Assembly (NCBI GenBank): GCA_964252075.1
Contig: CAXULY010000042.1
Location: 1 to 49,172 of the forward strand
DNA from: an uncultured Deinococcaceae bacterium
Lineage (GTDB): Bacteria > Deinococcota > Deinococci > Deinococcales > Deinococcaceae
Direction of reading: 5' to 3'
Length of the DNA: 49,172 nt
Shown here: in pieces, positions 10,273 through 20,675 of the stretch
How the letters are laid out: each line of letters starts with the position of its first letter
Position numbering within the stretch: the first letter of the stretch is position 1
Notes under the pieces: model-generated
What the model saw: only the letters and a program-made list of their open reading frames with translations
Told to the model about the DNA's origin: nothing
Databases searched by the model: none
Made by a program: the position numbers and the translations under genes

Positions 10273-11016
10273 TCAGTTGCTCCATCCACCGTCAATCAGG
10301 TGGACGGCGCCGGTCGTGAAGGCCGCCTCGTCGGACGCGAGGTACGCCGCGAGCGCCGCGACCTCCTCGGGGCGGCCGACGCGGCCCATGGGTTGGCGCG
10401 CGACGAAAGCGGCTTCCACCTCGCGCTCACTCACGCCGCCCTGATCGGCCTGCGCCTGCACGCGCGCGCGCCAGGAGGGCGACTCCACGGTGCCGGGGCA
10501 GATGGCGTTCACGCGCACGCCACGCGTGACGAAGTCCGCTGCGACGGCCCTGGTCATGCCGATCACGGCGGCCTTACTTGCGCCGTACACGAAGCGGTTC
10601 GGGGCGCCCTTGACGCTGCTGACGACCGATGCGATGTTCACGATACTCCCGCCCCCCTGGTCCAGCATGCGGGGGAGGGCGGCGCGCATGGTGCGGTACA
10701 TGCTGCGGGCGTTCAGGTCGAAGCTGAAGTCCCAGTCGTCCTCGGAGCAGTCGAGGATGGTGCCGTGGTGCACGAACCCGGCGCAGTTCACGAGGATGTC
10801 CACGCGCGCAAGGTCCGCGATGAGCGCCCCGATGGCCTGCGGGTCCCGGACGTCGAGCGCGCGGGTGTCGCAGTCCAGCCCGGCGAGGAGGTCGGCGCGC
10901 AGGTCCGTCGCGATGACGGTCGCGCCCTCCCGGATGAAGCGCTCTGCCGTGGCGCGGCCAATGCCCTGCGCGGAGGCCGTGATGAGGGCGGTCTTGCCGT
11001 GCAGCCGTTCGGTCAT
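10273..11016 (-). CDS. SDR, 2-keto-3-deoxy sugar-acid 4-dehydrogenase-like (BDH2/KDF dehydrogenase type)
   Basis: [32 protein letters not shown] and [10 protein letters not shown], which mark this subfamily. Confidence 0.85.
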   Translation of the reverse strand: MTERLHGKTALITASAQGIGRATAERFIREGATVIATDLRADLLAGLDCDTRALDVRDPQAIGALIADLARVDILVNCAGFVHHGTILDCSEDDWDFSFDLNARSMYRTMRAALPRMLDQGGGSIVNIASVVSSVKGAPNRFVYGASKAAVIGMTRAVAADFVTRGVRVNAICPGTVESPSWRARVQAQADQGGVSEREVEAAFVARQPMGRVGRPEEVAALAAYLASDEAAFTTGAVHLIDGGWSN

Positions 11017-12992
11017 GCGGGTTCCTTTCGGGGGGTTGCGTTGAGGGCGGCGAGGATGGCGTCCGTGTCGTACACGCAGCCACCCCAGGTGCCGCCGCTG
11101 GCGTGCTGCAGCGCCGCCCACAGCCGCGTGTCGTCCGGCAGGTTCGGGTCGGCGCGCAGGTCGGGGCGGGGCACGCGCCCCGCCAGCACGCGCGCGCCTT
11201 CGTCCGCTCCCCACACGTCCGCGCCGTGGCCGACGAGGTTCACGGTGCCCGTGAGCTGGTGGCGATCAATGATGATCTCGATGACGTCCCCATCGAGGAC
11301 CCGGCCGATCGGGCCGTCCGCGAGGGCTTCCGGCCCGACGTGCCCGATGCAGGCGCCCGTGGAGACGCCCGAGAAGCGGGCGTCCGTGATGACCGCCACC
11401 TGCTTGCCCCACGGGAGGTACTTCAGCGCGGACGTCACCTGGTAGATCTCCTCCATACCGGCGCCCAGCGGCCCGCGGCAGATCAGCACCAGCACGTCCC
11501 CGGCCTCGACCCGCCGCTCGCCCTGCCCCTTGAGCGCCTGGATCGCCGCGCGTTCGGACGTGAAGACCCGCGCGGGACCCGTCTTGCGGTACACGCCGTC
11601 CGCGTCCACGACGGACGCGTCGATGGCGGTGCTCTTGATCACGCTGCCCTGCGGCGCGAGGTTCCCGGTGGGGAAGCACACGGTGCTGGTCAGGCCGCGC
11701 ACGCGCGCCCGATCGGGGGGCAGGATCACGTCGTCCGGGTCGACGCCGTCGCGCTCCCACATCGCACCGCGCAGGCGCGCGCGCCGCTCGGACGCTTCCC
11801 ACGCGTCGAGGTTCTCCCCGAGCGTGCGGCCCGTGACGGTGAGGCACTCCTCGTGCAGCAGCCCCAGGCGGCGCAGGTGCAGCATCACCTCCGGCACGCC
11901 GCCCGCCGTGAACGCCAGCACGGTGGGGTGATCGTCCGGGCCGTTCGGCAGCACGTTCACGAGGCGGGGCGTGGCGCGGTTCACGCGCGCCCAGTCGTCC
12001 ACGGTGGGGCGGCGCAGGCCCGCCGCGTGCGCGATGGCGGGCAGGTGCAGCAGCAGGTTGGTGCTCCCGCCGAAGGCCGCGTGGACCGTCATGGCGTTCT
12101 CGACCGCGTGCGCCGTGAGGACGTCGCGGTTCCGCAGGCCGCGCGCCTCAAGGTCCATGAGCGCCCGCGCGGAGCGGCGCGCCACCTCGGACCAGATGGG
12201 CTGGCCGCTGGGCGCGAGGGCGGCGTGCGGCACGGACAGCCCCAGCGCTTCCGCGACCACCTGGGCGGTCGCGGCCGTCCCCAAAAACTGACAGCCTCCG
12301 CCGGGCGTCGCGCACGCCCGGCAGCCCGCCTCCGCCGCCTCCCGGAGGCTGATCAGGCCGTGCGCGTACCGGGCGCCGAGCGTCTGCATTTTCCCGGCGT
12401 CCTCCCCGCCGTCCGCGGGCAGCGTCACGCCGCCCGGCACGATGACGGTGGGCAGGTCAGGGAAGGACGCGAGGGCGATCAGCATCGCCGGGAGGCCCTT
12501 GTCGCATGTGGCGACGCCCAGCACGCCCCGCCGGGTGGGCAGGGACCGGATCAGGCGGCGCAGGACGAGCGCCGCGTCGTTGCGGTACGGCAGGGAATCC
12601 ATCATGCCGGTGGTGCCCTGCGTGCGCCCATCGCACGGGTCGCTGACGTACCCGGCGAACGGCAGGGCGCCGTGGGCGCTCAGTTCCCGCGCGGCTTCCT
12701 GCATGAGGAGCCCCACTTCCCAGTGCCCGGTGTGGTACCCGAGCGCGATGGGGGTGCCGTCGGGGGCGCGGATGCCGCCTTGCGTGGAGAGCATCAGGAA
12801 GGCGTTGCGGGAGACCTGCGCGGGGTCCCAGCCCATCCCGGCGTTCTGGCTGAGCCCGAAGACGTCCCCGGACGGGCGGGTGAGCAGCATCTCCGGCGTG
12901 AACGGCAACACCCCCGCCGGACCGTCCGCTCTGGTGCGGACGTCGTACAGGGCGTCATCGGGGGTGGTGCCGTGCGGTGGGTCATCGGGCAT
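11013..12992 (-). CDS. YjhG/YagF family D-xylonate dehydratase (IlvD/Edd)
   Basis: [43 protein letters not shown] and LWAALQ; 659 aa. Confidence 0.9.
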   Translation of the reverse strand: MPDDPPHGTTPDDALYDVRTRADGPAGVLPFTPEMLLTRPSGDVFGLSQNAGMGWDPAQVSRNAFLMLSTQGGIRAPDGTPIALGYHTGHWEVGLLMQEAARELSAHGALPFAGYVSDPCDGRTQGTTGMMDSLPYRNDAALVLRRLIRSLPTRRGVLGVATCDKGLPAMLIALASFPDLPTVIVPGGVTLPADGGEDAGKMQTLGARYAHGLISLREAAEAGCRACATPGGGCQFLGTAATAQVVAEALGLSVPHAALAPSGQPIWSEVARRSARALMDLEARGLRNRDVLTAHAVENAMTVHAAFGGSTNLLLHLPAIAHAAGLRRPTVDDWARVNRATPRLVNVLPNGPDDHPTVLAFTAGGVPEVMLHLRRLGLLHEECLTVTGRTLGENLDAWEASERRARLRGAMWERDGVDPDDVILPPDRARVRGLTSTVCFPTGNLAPQGSVIKSTAIDASVVDADGVYRKTGPARVFTSERAAIQALKGQGERRVEAGDVLVLICRGPLGAGMEEIYQVTSALKYLPWGKQVAVITDARFSGVSTGACIGHVGPEALADGPIGRVLDGDVIEIIIDRHQLTGTVNLVGHGADVWGADEGARVLAGRVPRPDLRADPNLPDDTRLWAALQHASGGTWGGCVYDTDAILAALNATPRKEPA

Positions 12993-13448
12993 GCGTGTGG
13001 CCTCCGGGGGCGGGCAGAGGGCGAGTGGGGAGGGGGCGGTGTCCCTGGAGGATGAGCGAAGCGGCCCATCGGAATCAACCCCAGCGTGGAGCGCGACCAG
13101 TCCATATGGAGGACGTAGGCCCTGGGGAGAGGTGTGACGTCACGGCCCGGCGCCTCCTGCTGTTCGCGGTGCCAAAGCGCCGCGCCTCAGGAGTAAGGGG
13201 ACGTCGGCCTCCCACTCCGTCCATGGCTTCGCCGCATTGAATTGCATCACGTCGGTTCAGCATACGGACTGATGCGGCCCGCTGTGGAAGGGTGGGGGGA
13301 GCTGTCTTCCGCTCAGAGCGTCAGGGTGCGGCAAAGGGTGTGCATTTTCGCGGAAGTCAGGCCGAACCTACCTTGCGCGGGGATGCGCGAGCGTACCTGC
13401 CTTTGCCCTCCTTTCCCGAGCGGCTGGACCACCCACCACCGGCGTGCG

Positions 13449-14174
13449 TTACACGAGGAGCCCCCCGCCGTCCACGGGCAGGATGAGCCCGGTCGCGTAG
13501 GCGTTGAGCATCAGGTACACGTAGGCGAGGGCGGCTTCCGCGGGTGTCGCGGCGCGCGGCAGCGGCAGCGGCGCGACCGTTGCGTGCAGTCGGGCGGGCG
13601 GCATCTGCTGCACGTGTTCCGTCAGGACCAAACCCGGATTCACGGCATTCACCCGCACGGGCGCGAGGTCCACCGCGAGGCCCATGGTGAGGTGCTCGGC
13701 CGCGCCACCGATGGCGGTCGCCATCACGGTGCCCGCCTGCGGCCGGTGCGTGAGCATGCCGCTCGTGAGGGTAATGGAGCCGTCCCGCGCGATCGCGCGG
13801 CAGCCGTGCTTGACGGCCGCGAGCACCCCCCAGAACCGCACCTCCAGCAACCCGCGCGCCTGCGCGAGGTTCAGGTCGCGGACGGACCCGAACATCCGTC
13901 CGCTCCAGTCACCCGCGGTGATGGCGAGGTGATCGTACTTCCCGGTCGCCTCGAAGAACCGGGCGACGCCGCCCTCGTCCCGCAGGTCCACCACGCCCCC
14001 CTCGGCGCCCGGCAGGCGCTCCACCGCCGCCTGGACCCGCGCGGCGTTGCTGGACGCGATGAGCACCTCGGCCCCCTGGGCGCGCGCGAGCTCCGCGACC
14101 GCGAAGCCGATGCCCGACGCCCCCCCGATTACCACCACGCGCCGTCCTGCCAGCGACATCCCTGTGTCCGTCAT
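13449..14174 (-). CDS. SDR oxidoreductase
   Basis: GGASGIG, VRVNAVNPG and VDGG; divergent from an MmyB regulator. Confidence 0.85.
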   Translation of the reverse strand: MTDTGMSLAGRRVVVIGGASGIGFAVAELARAQGAEVLIASSNAARVQAAVERLPGAEGGVVDLRDEGGVARFFEATGKYDHLAITAGDWSGRMFGSVRDLNLAQARGLLEVRFWGVLAAVKHGCRAIARDGSITLTSGMLTHRPQAGTVMATAIGGAAEHLTMGLAVDLAPVRVNAVNPGLVLTEHVQQMPPARLHATVAPLPLPRAATPAEAALAYVYLMLNAYATGLILPVDGGGLLV

Positions 14175-14325
14175 GGGTTCCCTCCTGTTCTGCGACGCGG
14201 GTGCCGCGCCGCCACATGCTGGCAGGCGCGAATCCCTGGCGGCCCTCTGGGCGCCGTTCTTCCCGGACGCAGGGAGCAGCCTAACGGGCGGGGCAACCCA
14301 GGTAAATCCGAGGAATCATCCCAGT

Positions 14326-15196
14326 ATGATGGCCAACAGGATGTCCACGGTGAGCGCGCGGGAGAACCCGCTGGGTGAATACCTCAGGAACCGGCGCACC
14401 AGGATGGATGCCGCCGCCCTGGGGTTCACCGGCCCGCACAGGCGGACTGCGGGCCTGCGCCGGGAGGAAGTCGCGCTGCGCGCCGACATCAGCGCCACCT
14501 GGTACACCTGGCTGGAGCAGGGCCGCGGCGGACCGCCGTCCTCGGACGTGCTGGACCGCCTCGCGCGCGCCCTCCTGCTGACGGAAGCGGAACGCGAGCA
14601 CCTGTTCCTGCTGGGCCTCGGCCGGCCCCCCGTCGTCCAGGACCCCGGCGATCACCCGGTCTCCGCGCGCCTCCAGCGCCTCCTGGGTGCCCTGACCCAC
14701 AGCCCGGCGTTCATCAGGACGGCGACCTGGGATGTGGTGGCCTGGAACCGCGCCGCGGCCGCGGTCCTCGCGGATTTCGCGTCGGTGCCGCCGGAGCAGC
14801 GCAACATCCTGCGCCTGACCTTCAGTGAGGACCGCCCGCGCCCGCATGGTGGATGACGAGGGCCTCGCGCGCTTCATGGTGGGGGCCTTCCGCAGTCACG
14901 CCACCCGCGTGGGGGCCGCGGATCGAGTGGCGTCCCTGGTGCGGGAGTTGAGCGCCCGCAGCCCGCAGTTCGCGGCGTTGTGGGCGGAACACGACGTGGA
15001 GGTCCCGGGGGATGGCGTGAAGCACCTGCACCACCCGCTGCTCGGGCCGATTCGGTGCGAGTACTCCACGCTCGCGGTGGAGGAGCGCCCGGACCTTCAG
15101 CTGGTCGTGTTCAACCCAGTGACGCCCGCGGACCAGCAGCGTGTCGCCCAGTTGATCAGCGCTATGACGGCCCCACCCAGTGAGGACGTGTCGTGA
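14326..15196 (+). pseudogene. MmyB-family XRE regulator with a frameshift near 14830
   Basis: LGEYLRNRR...GLRREEVA...WYTWLEQGR...RNILRLTF in one frame; ARFMVGAFR...FAALW...HHPLLG in the next frame. Confidence 0.82.
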
Positions 15197-15570
15197 CGCA
15201 CTTCTTCAGGACCATGGTTTTGGATGTATACGAGGCCGCGCTGATCCGCGAACGCCCAGATGCGGGCGAAGGTCGCTAAGGCCTGATCCTTCTGGGGACC
15301 GACACCGTCTGGCTGCCCGGCCAGCGGGGCCTTCAGCGTGTACGAGGCGTCGCCCGGCAGGTAGGAGGTCGCGTCATGCGCCTCGATGCTGAGGGCATGA
15401 AGTTGCGACCCCAGGTTGTTCTGCGGTGCGATCTGGAGATCCACACCCCGGCGGTGGTACAGGTGCCAGAATCTCGGGTACCCGCCGTCCGACGTTGATC
15501 CGGTGTCCACCACAATGACGCCCTCGAGGTGCTCAATAACGGACGCGAGGGTCGATGACAAAAGGTCCAT
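15097..15570 (-). CDS. possible hypothetical protein or remnant
   Basis: Protein-like composition but no recognisable motif; overlaps the 3' end of the MmyB gene. Confidence 0.3.
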   Translation of the reverse strand: MDLLSSTLASVIEHLEGVIVVDTGSTSDGGYPRFWHLYHRRGVDLQIAPQNNLGSQLHALSIEAHDATSYLPGDASYTLKAPLAGQPDGVGPQKDQALATFARIWAFADQRGLVYIQNHGPEEVRHDTSSLGGAVIALINWATRCWSAGVTGLNTTS

Positions 15571-16277
15571 CTAGTGTCGAGGAAGTACCGTCATCTCCGG
15601 GTGAGTCCGTCGTCCCGGTCGGGCTTCTGGGACCGTTTGAGCTGCAGGAAGTCCGCGCGGGGGGCGTGAATGCGCATCATGAACTTCCGCAGTCAGCATC
15701 GCCCTCCGCTTATTCCCAAGGCCTCCCGATGATGGAAGTGGCTTGACGCGGTGAGTGCACGACGCCCGGCAGGCGGGACTGCTGTTCCAGGAACGGTTCT
15801 GGTGAGTGCTGGCCCCTTTCGCGCGGCGCCAGCGGCGCGCCGGACCGGGCAGCCAGACGGCATCACCGAGTGGCGGAGCGTTTCCTCTTCCCGTACCGGC
15901 TCATGCCTGCGGAAACGCCGGAGGTGTTGTTCTTGGCGAAGCACGCTGGACAGGAGGTGTGGCCGCGTCGGTGTTTCGTGGGGCCAAACTGGAACCCGTT
16001 TGCTTGCAGGGTGACGACCTCATGGGTGTCCTAACGGCCTCGGATAGGCCGCACCGTGTACCGCGCCACTCTGTAGACCTTCCTTGACACTTTCATGCCC
16101 GCGATGGTGTATGACTGGCTGAGGACCTGTGCCTCAATATTCAGGGGATTAAGGGGTTACGGGCCGTCCTGTGCGAGACGTTCAGCCGTCATTGCGGTCG
16201 AGTGGGCCCGTAAGCGTAGAGGTCGTCCCCGGCGCTGGCACCGCAAAGAGGAAGGCGTGATGGCGCGCGTGAATGGT

Positions 16278-16940
16278 TTACTCCACCAGTCGCACCGGCC
16301 GCAGGGGGGACGCTGAGCGCTGTTCGGACCAGAGTGCGTGTCCTAGAAAAGCGATCGCCACCCCGATGGGAACCGCCGCATACCGCTGCACATCGTGTGG
16401 GAGCAGCGCGGCCAGGGGGGTCAGCGGGGAGGTGATCGCCAGCAGGGCGGCACTCCAGCGAGGCAGGACCCCGGCGCGGAACGTCGCGATGCCGAACAGC
16501 AATCCGCCGAGCATGTACGACACGCCCACGAGGGCGTATACAGCGGGCAGCGCGCCGAGGTTTACCTCGCTGGCGTGCCCGCTGGCCAACCCGAGGTAGC
16601 CCTCCACGAACCTCGGTGCGCCGCTGGCGAGCAGCGGCACGATGAACGCCTCGGCGAACACGAAGGCTGTCTGGAGCAGCCAGCTGAGGCTGAGCAGGAG
16701 AAAACCGGTGAGGCCAGTCCAGCCCACCCGGTGCGCCTGCCGGGCGTACAGGCCGGTGAGGCCGAGCAGGAAGAGGACGCACATGGCAGTTTTGAGGGGG
16801 GTGATGACGGCCCACGCGCTGGTGGTCACTGCAGCCAGCGCGTCTGGTGGGTGAATGGGCTGGATGCCCGCGAAAATGACGCCGGCGCTCATGGCGGCCA
16901 GGCCCATCCAACGGATGACGGTCGGTGTGTGGGGTCCCAT
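16278..16940 (-). CDS. hypothetical integral membrane protein (about 6 TM)
   Basis: Hydrophobic helices (GLAAMSAGVIFAG; LFLLGLTGLYARQ; GGLLFGIATFRAGVLPRW); GGAGG upstream of ATG 16940. Confidence 0.8.
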   Translation of the reverse strand: MGPHTPTVIRWMGLAAMSAGVIFAGIQPIHPPDALAAVTTSAWAVITPLKTAMCVLFLLGLTGLYARQAHRVGWTGLTGFLLLSLSWLLQTAFVFAEAFIVPLLASGAPRFVEGYLGLASGHASEVNLGALPAVYALVGVSYMLGGLLFGIATFRAGVLPRWSAALLAITSPLTPLAALLPHDVQRYAAVPIGVAIAFLGHALWSEQRSASPLRPVRLVE

Positions 16941-17071
16941 CGGTGTTTCCTCCGCCTCCGGATGCGTGGCTGGTGGGTCATCCGCACGAGGTGAGGGCAT
17001 TAAACAAGCTGTCTGGGGCACCTCGCGTCATCCCTATGGATGGGCTGTTGTGCGCGAGGCTGCCGCATTGC

Positions 17072-17451
17072 CGAATATATACAATATGGCGAACCAGCGG
17101 TGCCAGAAACGTCTGTGTCAGGAACCTCTTCGGCCCGGAGTGTAAAGTGGGTTCGAGATCGTCGGGCCAGCGGAACTTGAGCTCTGGCACGGGCTATGGC
17201 TCAATTGCCACGCACGCCGATGACCAACATGATTGGTATCAATGCACTGTAAGTGAGGGGAGCGTAAACAGCTTCTCAATTGTATATATTCGAATACAAT
17301 AGTGCACGCGGTGCTCATATTGTCAGATAGGCCTCTTAATAGGCTCTGGTGTTAATTGGATTCGAAAGCCTACGTATTTGCCGCCGACATATCTCTAAGG
17401 GAACGGTGAATTCTATTAATACGCTGCCTCTTCCCGACATTATATATATTC
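17072..17451. repeat. AT-rich motif in three copies, including a perfect 14-bp inverted repeat
   Basis: CGAATATATACAAT at 17072-17085; its exact reverse complement at 17279-17292; a 12/13 copy at 17439-17451. Confidence 0.8.
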
Positions 17452-17681
17452 TTGTGGTCACCGTTGTTGGATGGAGGCATCCATTGGCGTGTGGCATAAG
17501 ATCCGCGCCGCCTTATTAACTCGCTTGCGGGCACAGTGCCCGAACTGCACCACAGCTTACGCACCAGTTCACCCGGTGAAGGAAGAATAACGGGCAGCGC
17601 AGCCGCACCGATCGCCCCATTGGCCACCCAGGCGTCTGGACGCGCGTACAGTGAGGACCTGTTGACCGCTCGGAGTGCCCT

Positions 17682-18998
17682 TTGACCACCGTACCCCAAC
17701 TCCTCCTCACAGCCCTGGACGCACTCAGCCTGGTGTTCCTCGCGCTGTACCTCATGCAGATGGTGGCTGCGGCCCTCCTGCCCATCCGCCCGCGCCGCAC
17801 CCCTCCGGACGCCACCCTGCACTTCACGTTCCTCGTGCCCGCACTGAATGAGGAGACGGTCATCGCCGCCACCGTCCGGAACGTGCACGAAGTTGCGCCC
17901 GAAGCGCGCGTGGTGGTGATCGACGACGGCAGCGACGACGCCACCGCCGCCACCGCCGAGGCCCTCGCCCGAGCGGACGCGGCGGTGCGTGTGCTGCGCC
18001 GCCAGGCGCCGGACGCGCGCCAGGGGAAAGGGCAGGCGCTGAACTGGGCGGCGCGGCGCCTCCTGCGGGAACTTCACGCGGCGGGCGCCGACCTCACCCG
18101 GGAGGTCTTCGCGGTGATCGACGCCGACGCGCGCATCACGCCCGCGCTGCTTCACGAGGCGCGGCAGGCCATGGCGGACGCATTTGTGATGGGCGCGCAG
18201 TCCCGCGTCCGCATCCGGCCCTCCGTGACGCGCCTCACCGCGCAGACGCTGGTCGGCGCGGGGCTCGAACAGCAGCAGGACCTGGAATTCTTCATCACCC
18301 GGCACGTGCAGTGCCTGCGCCAGTCATGGCACTCGGTCGGCCTGTTCGGCAACGGGCAATTCATGCGGGCGTCGTACCTGGAAGGGCAATTCACGCGCGG
18401 GCACCCCGCGTGGCCCGACTGCCTCTCCGAGGACTTCGCGAGCAGCCTGGAGATGCGCCTCGCGGACCGCCACCACCGCATGGCGTTCCTGGAGGCCGCC
18501 GTCACGCAACAGGGCCTGCCGGACCTCCGGCGGTTCCTGCGGCAGCGGGCGCGCTGGACGCAAGGCACCCTGCAGTGCCTCGGCTACCTCCCCCGGCTGT
18601 GGTCATCGCACGTGCCGTGGGCGGCGCGCCTGGACCTCACGTACTTCCTGCTGAACCCCTGGATGAACGGCCTGATCGTCGTGTCCTTCCTGACGCAGCC
18701 CCTGCGCTGGGCGCTCGGCGCGCACGGCGTCGTGCTGAGTCCCGCCGTCAGCGCCGCCATCGCCGTCATGAACCTCGGTCTGCAACTGCAGTGGGTGCTG
18801 CGCTACCAGCGCGCGCACCACCTGAACGCCCGGCAGGTGCTGTTCCTGCTGCCTGGCCTGCTCATTTATGGCTCCGCGCTGCTCCTGAGCCTCCCCATGG
18901 CGTACTGGCACCACTGGACCGGGCGGCGCACGTGGGACAAGAGCATCCGGCACGCCGAGGCCCCGGACCGCCCAACGTCCGCCGACGGGTACCTGTGA
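17682..18998 (+). CDS. processive glycosyltransferase family 2 (cellulose synthase/PgaC-like)
   Basis: PALNEE, IDDGSDD, IDAD, SED and RQRARW (D,D,D,QxxRW); N- and C-terminal TM helices. Confidence 0.9.
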   Translation: MTTVPQLLLTALDALSLVFLALYLMQMVAAALLPIRPRRTPPDATLHFTFLVPALNEETVIAATVRNVHEVAPEARVVVIDDGSDDATAATAEALARADAAVRVLRRQAPDARQGKGQALNWAARRLLRELHAAGADLTREVFAVIDADARITPALLHEARQAMADAFVMGAQSRVRIRPSVTRLTAQTLVGAGLEQQQDLEFFITRHVQCLRQSWHSVGLFGNGQFMRASYLEGQFTRGHPAWPDCLSEDFASSLEMRLADRHHRMAFLEAAVTQQGLPDLRRFLRQRARWTQGTLQCLGYLPRLWSSHVPWAARLDLTYFLLNPWMNGLIVVSFLTQPLRWALGAHGVVLSPAVSAAIAVMNLGLQLQWVLRYQRAHHLNARQVLFLLPGLLIYGSALLLSLPMAYWHHWTGRRTWDKSIRHAEAPDRPTSADGYL

Positions 18999-19344
18999 CG
19001 GCCCTGCCCCCGTGTTCCGCCTGGCGGAGCCGGTGGACGGCGCGGTGGAACACCAAAAGCGCAGCCTCAATTATGGGCCGACTGCTTGGCGAGCTGTTCT
19101 GACCAAGGTCACCGGGAACATAGGTGATCATGGCCTTGGTTCGATGGCAACCAACCAAAGGCATGGTGGGGCCGTTTTAGCCTGGACGCCAGGCAAAGCT
19201 ACATGCTTCGGAAAAACTGCGTGCCTCTAGTCTCAAGGCCCGATAGGTGCACGCAAATGGCCAAAGGTGACAGACCCGGGATTTCGCCTTGCCCATGCGA
19301 ATGACTTACATGCGTTTCCGTCAAGAAACACATATAATTCAGAC

Positions 19345-20394
19345 GTGACGGACCTCGTCCTCGCCAGCCGCTGGGCCACGCCCGACAACCGCCGCCGCGA
19401 GGCCCTGCGGGCCGCGCACGCGCAGGATGAGGCGGCGCTCCTTGACCTCGTCGAGTACCACCTGCACCTGAAGTCCCGCCGTGCGGGCGACCTGAGCCCG
19501 CACACACTGCGTCTCTACCACGTCGCCATTCGGGACTTCCTGCGCTTCACCGGCCCGCCCGAACAACCCCGCCACGCCCTGCAGGCGCTCACCGAGGAAG
19601 TCATCGAGGCGTGGCTGATTCACGCGCGCCGGCGCCCCAAGCAGGCCGACTCCGGGCGCATGCGCCTCGGCAGCGTCGCGGCGTACCTGAACGGCGTGCG
19701 CGCCCTGTACCGCGCGCTGCTGTGGGCGGGCGCGGTCAGCGTGAACCCCGCCGCCGCGGTGCGCGCCCCGCGCGACCCGACGCCCGCGCATGAACGCAAG
19801 CGCGCGCTGCCGAGCGCGACTGTCCGGGCGCTCCTCGCGCTCGCCGCGCAGCACCCGGACCCGACGGTCGCCGCGCGCGACCAGGCGATCCTGGTGCTGG
19901 GCCTCACGCTGGGGCTTCGCGCGAACGAGATCGTGCACGTCTCGGTGGAGGACGTTTCGCTGCCCCTGGGCGTGCTGCACGTGCGGGTCGGGAAGGGCGG
20001 CAAGGAGCGCCGCGTGCCGATCCCGGGCCGCGCGACGCTGGTGCTGCAGGACTGGCTGCAGCACCGGGAGGCGCTGCGGGTGCGTGGGAAGATCATGCGG
20101 CGCCAGACGGCGCTCATCACGAGTTTCCACCACGCGCGCTTCGGGGACGCGCTCAGCACCGGTGGTTTGCGGACGGTGGTGAATGGCCTGTTCGCGCAGG
20201 TGGGGTTGCCGCCGGACATGTGGGGCGTGCACACCTTGCGGCGCACGGCGGGCACGCGGCTGTACCGCGCGACGCGCGACCTGCACGTGGTCAGCGACGT
20301 GCTGGGGCACGCCAGCGTCACGACGAGCGCCATCTACGCGAAGCTGGATCAGGACGTGCGCAAGGAGGCGCTCGACCGCGCTGAGGACCTGTAA
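19345..20394 (+). CDS. tyrosine recombinase (XerC/XerD-like)
   Basis: Catalytic R (GLRANE), K (GKGGK), HxxR (HTLRR), H (LGH) and Y (IYAK) are intact; TATAAT-N6-GTG leaderless start. Confidence 0.92.
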   Translation: MTDLVLASRWATPDNRRREALRAAHAQDEAALLDLVEYHLHLKSRRAGDLSPHTLRLYHVAIRDFLRFTGPPEQPRHALQALTEEVIEAWLIHARRRPKQADSGRMRLGSVAAYLNGVRALYRALLWAGAVSVNPAAAVRAPRDPTPAHERKRALPSATVRALLALAAQHPDPTVAARDQAILVLGLTLGLRANEIVHVSVEDVSLPLGVLHVRVGKGGKERRVPIPGRATLVLQDWLQHREALRVRGKIMRRQTALITSFHHARFGDALSTGGLRTVVNGLFAQVGLPPDMWGVHTLRRTAGTRLYRATRDLHVVSDVLGHASVTTSAIYAKLDQDVRKEALDRAEDL

Positions 20395-20638
20395 GAACCG
20401 GCTCGGTTGTGCACCCGAACCGCTGTGTCCGAGGCTGGGATCGGTCGCGCGCCTGGGCTGCGTCGCCCAAGGAAAACGAACAATAGTTGTACGTCTCAGA
20501 ATGCGCCTGTTGCTGTGAGCCGACGCATTGCACACCGTTTTTCGTTCCACCCGTAAGAGTAAGCGCGAAGTCAAGCCCTCTTTAAGGCACATCATTCCAT
20601 CATCCTGAACGACCGTGCGCCTCACGACTTGGAGTACA

Positions 20639-20655
20639 TCATGTTGTGAACGTAA
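20639..20655 (+). promoter_or_regulatory. RDRM (radiation/desiccation response motif, DdrO operator)
   Basis: TCATGTTGTGAACGTAA has one mismatch to TTATGTTNNNAACGTAA; it lies just upstream of the TACGAT -10 (20664-20669) of the ddrD homologue. Confidence 0.8.
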
Positions 20656-20675
20656 AAGCGGTGTACGATTCAAGC

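Noticed and set aside
8683..11445. 920-aa plus-strand ORF (likewise 11103..13055, 21522..23693, 25945..28227, 45039..47657)
   Set aside because: These are antisense shadows of motif-supported genes, expected in high-GC DNA.
17066..17094. Canonical dif site
   Set aside because: The spacer TGTATA matches, but the arms match E. coli dif at only about half of positions. It is kept only as part of the repeat finding.
17088..17210. c-di-GMP-I riboswitch upstream of the GT2 gene
   Set aside because: GGCGAACC and TTGCC ends are present, but the GNRA/GCAAAG core and receptor are not.
19316..19333. RDRM upstream of the recombinase
   Set aside because: The left half (TTCCGTC) fits but the right half is out of register.
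19345..20394. Prophage or ICE
   Set aside because: No phage, conjugation or tRNA/att features are visible.
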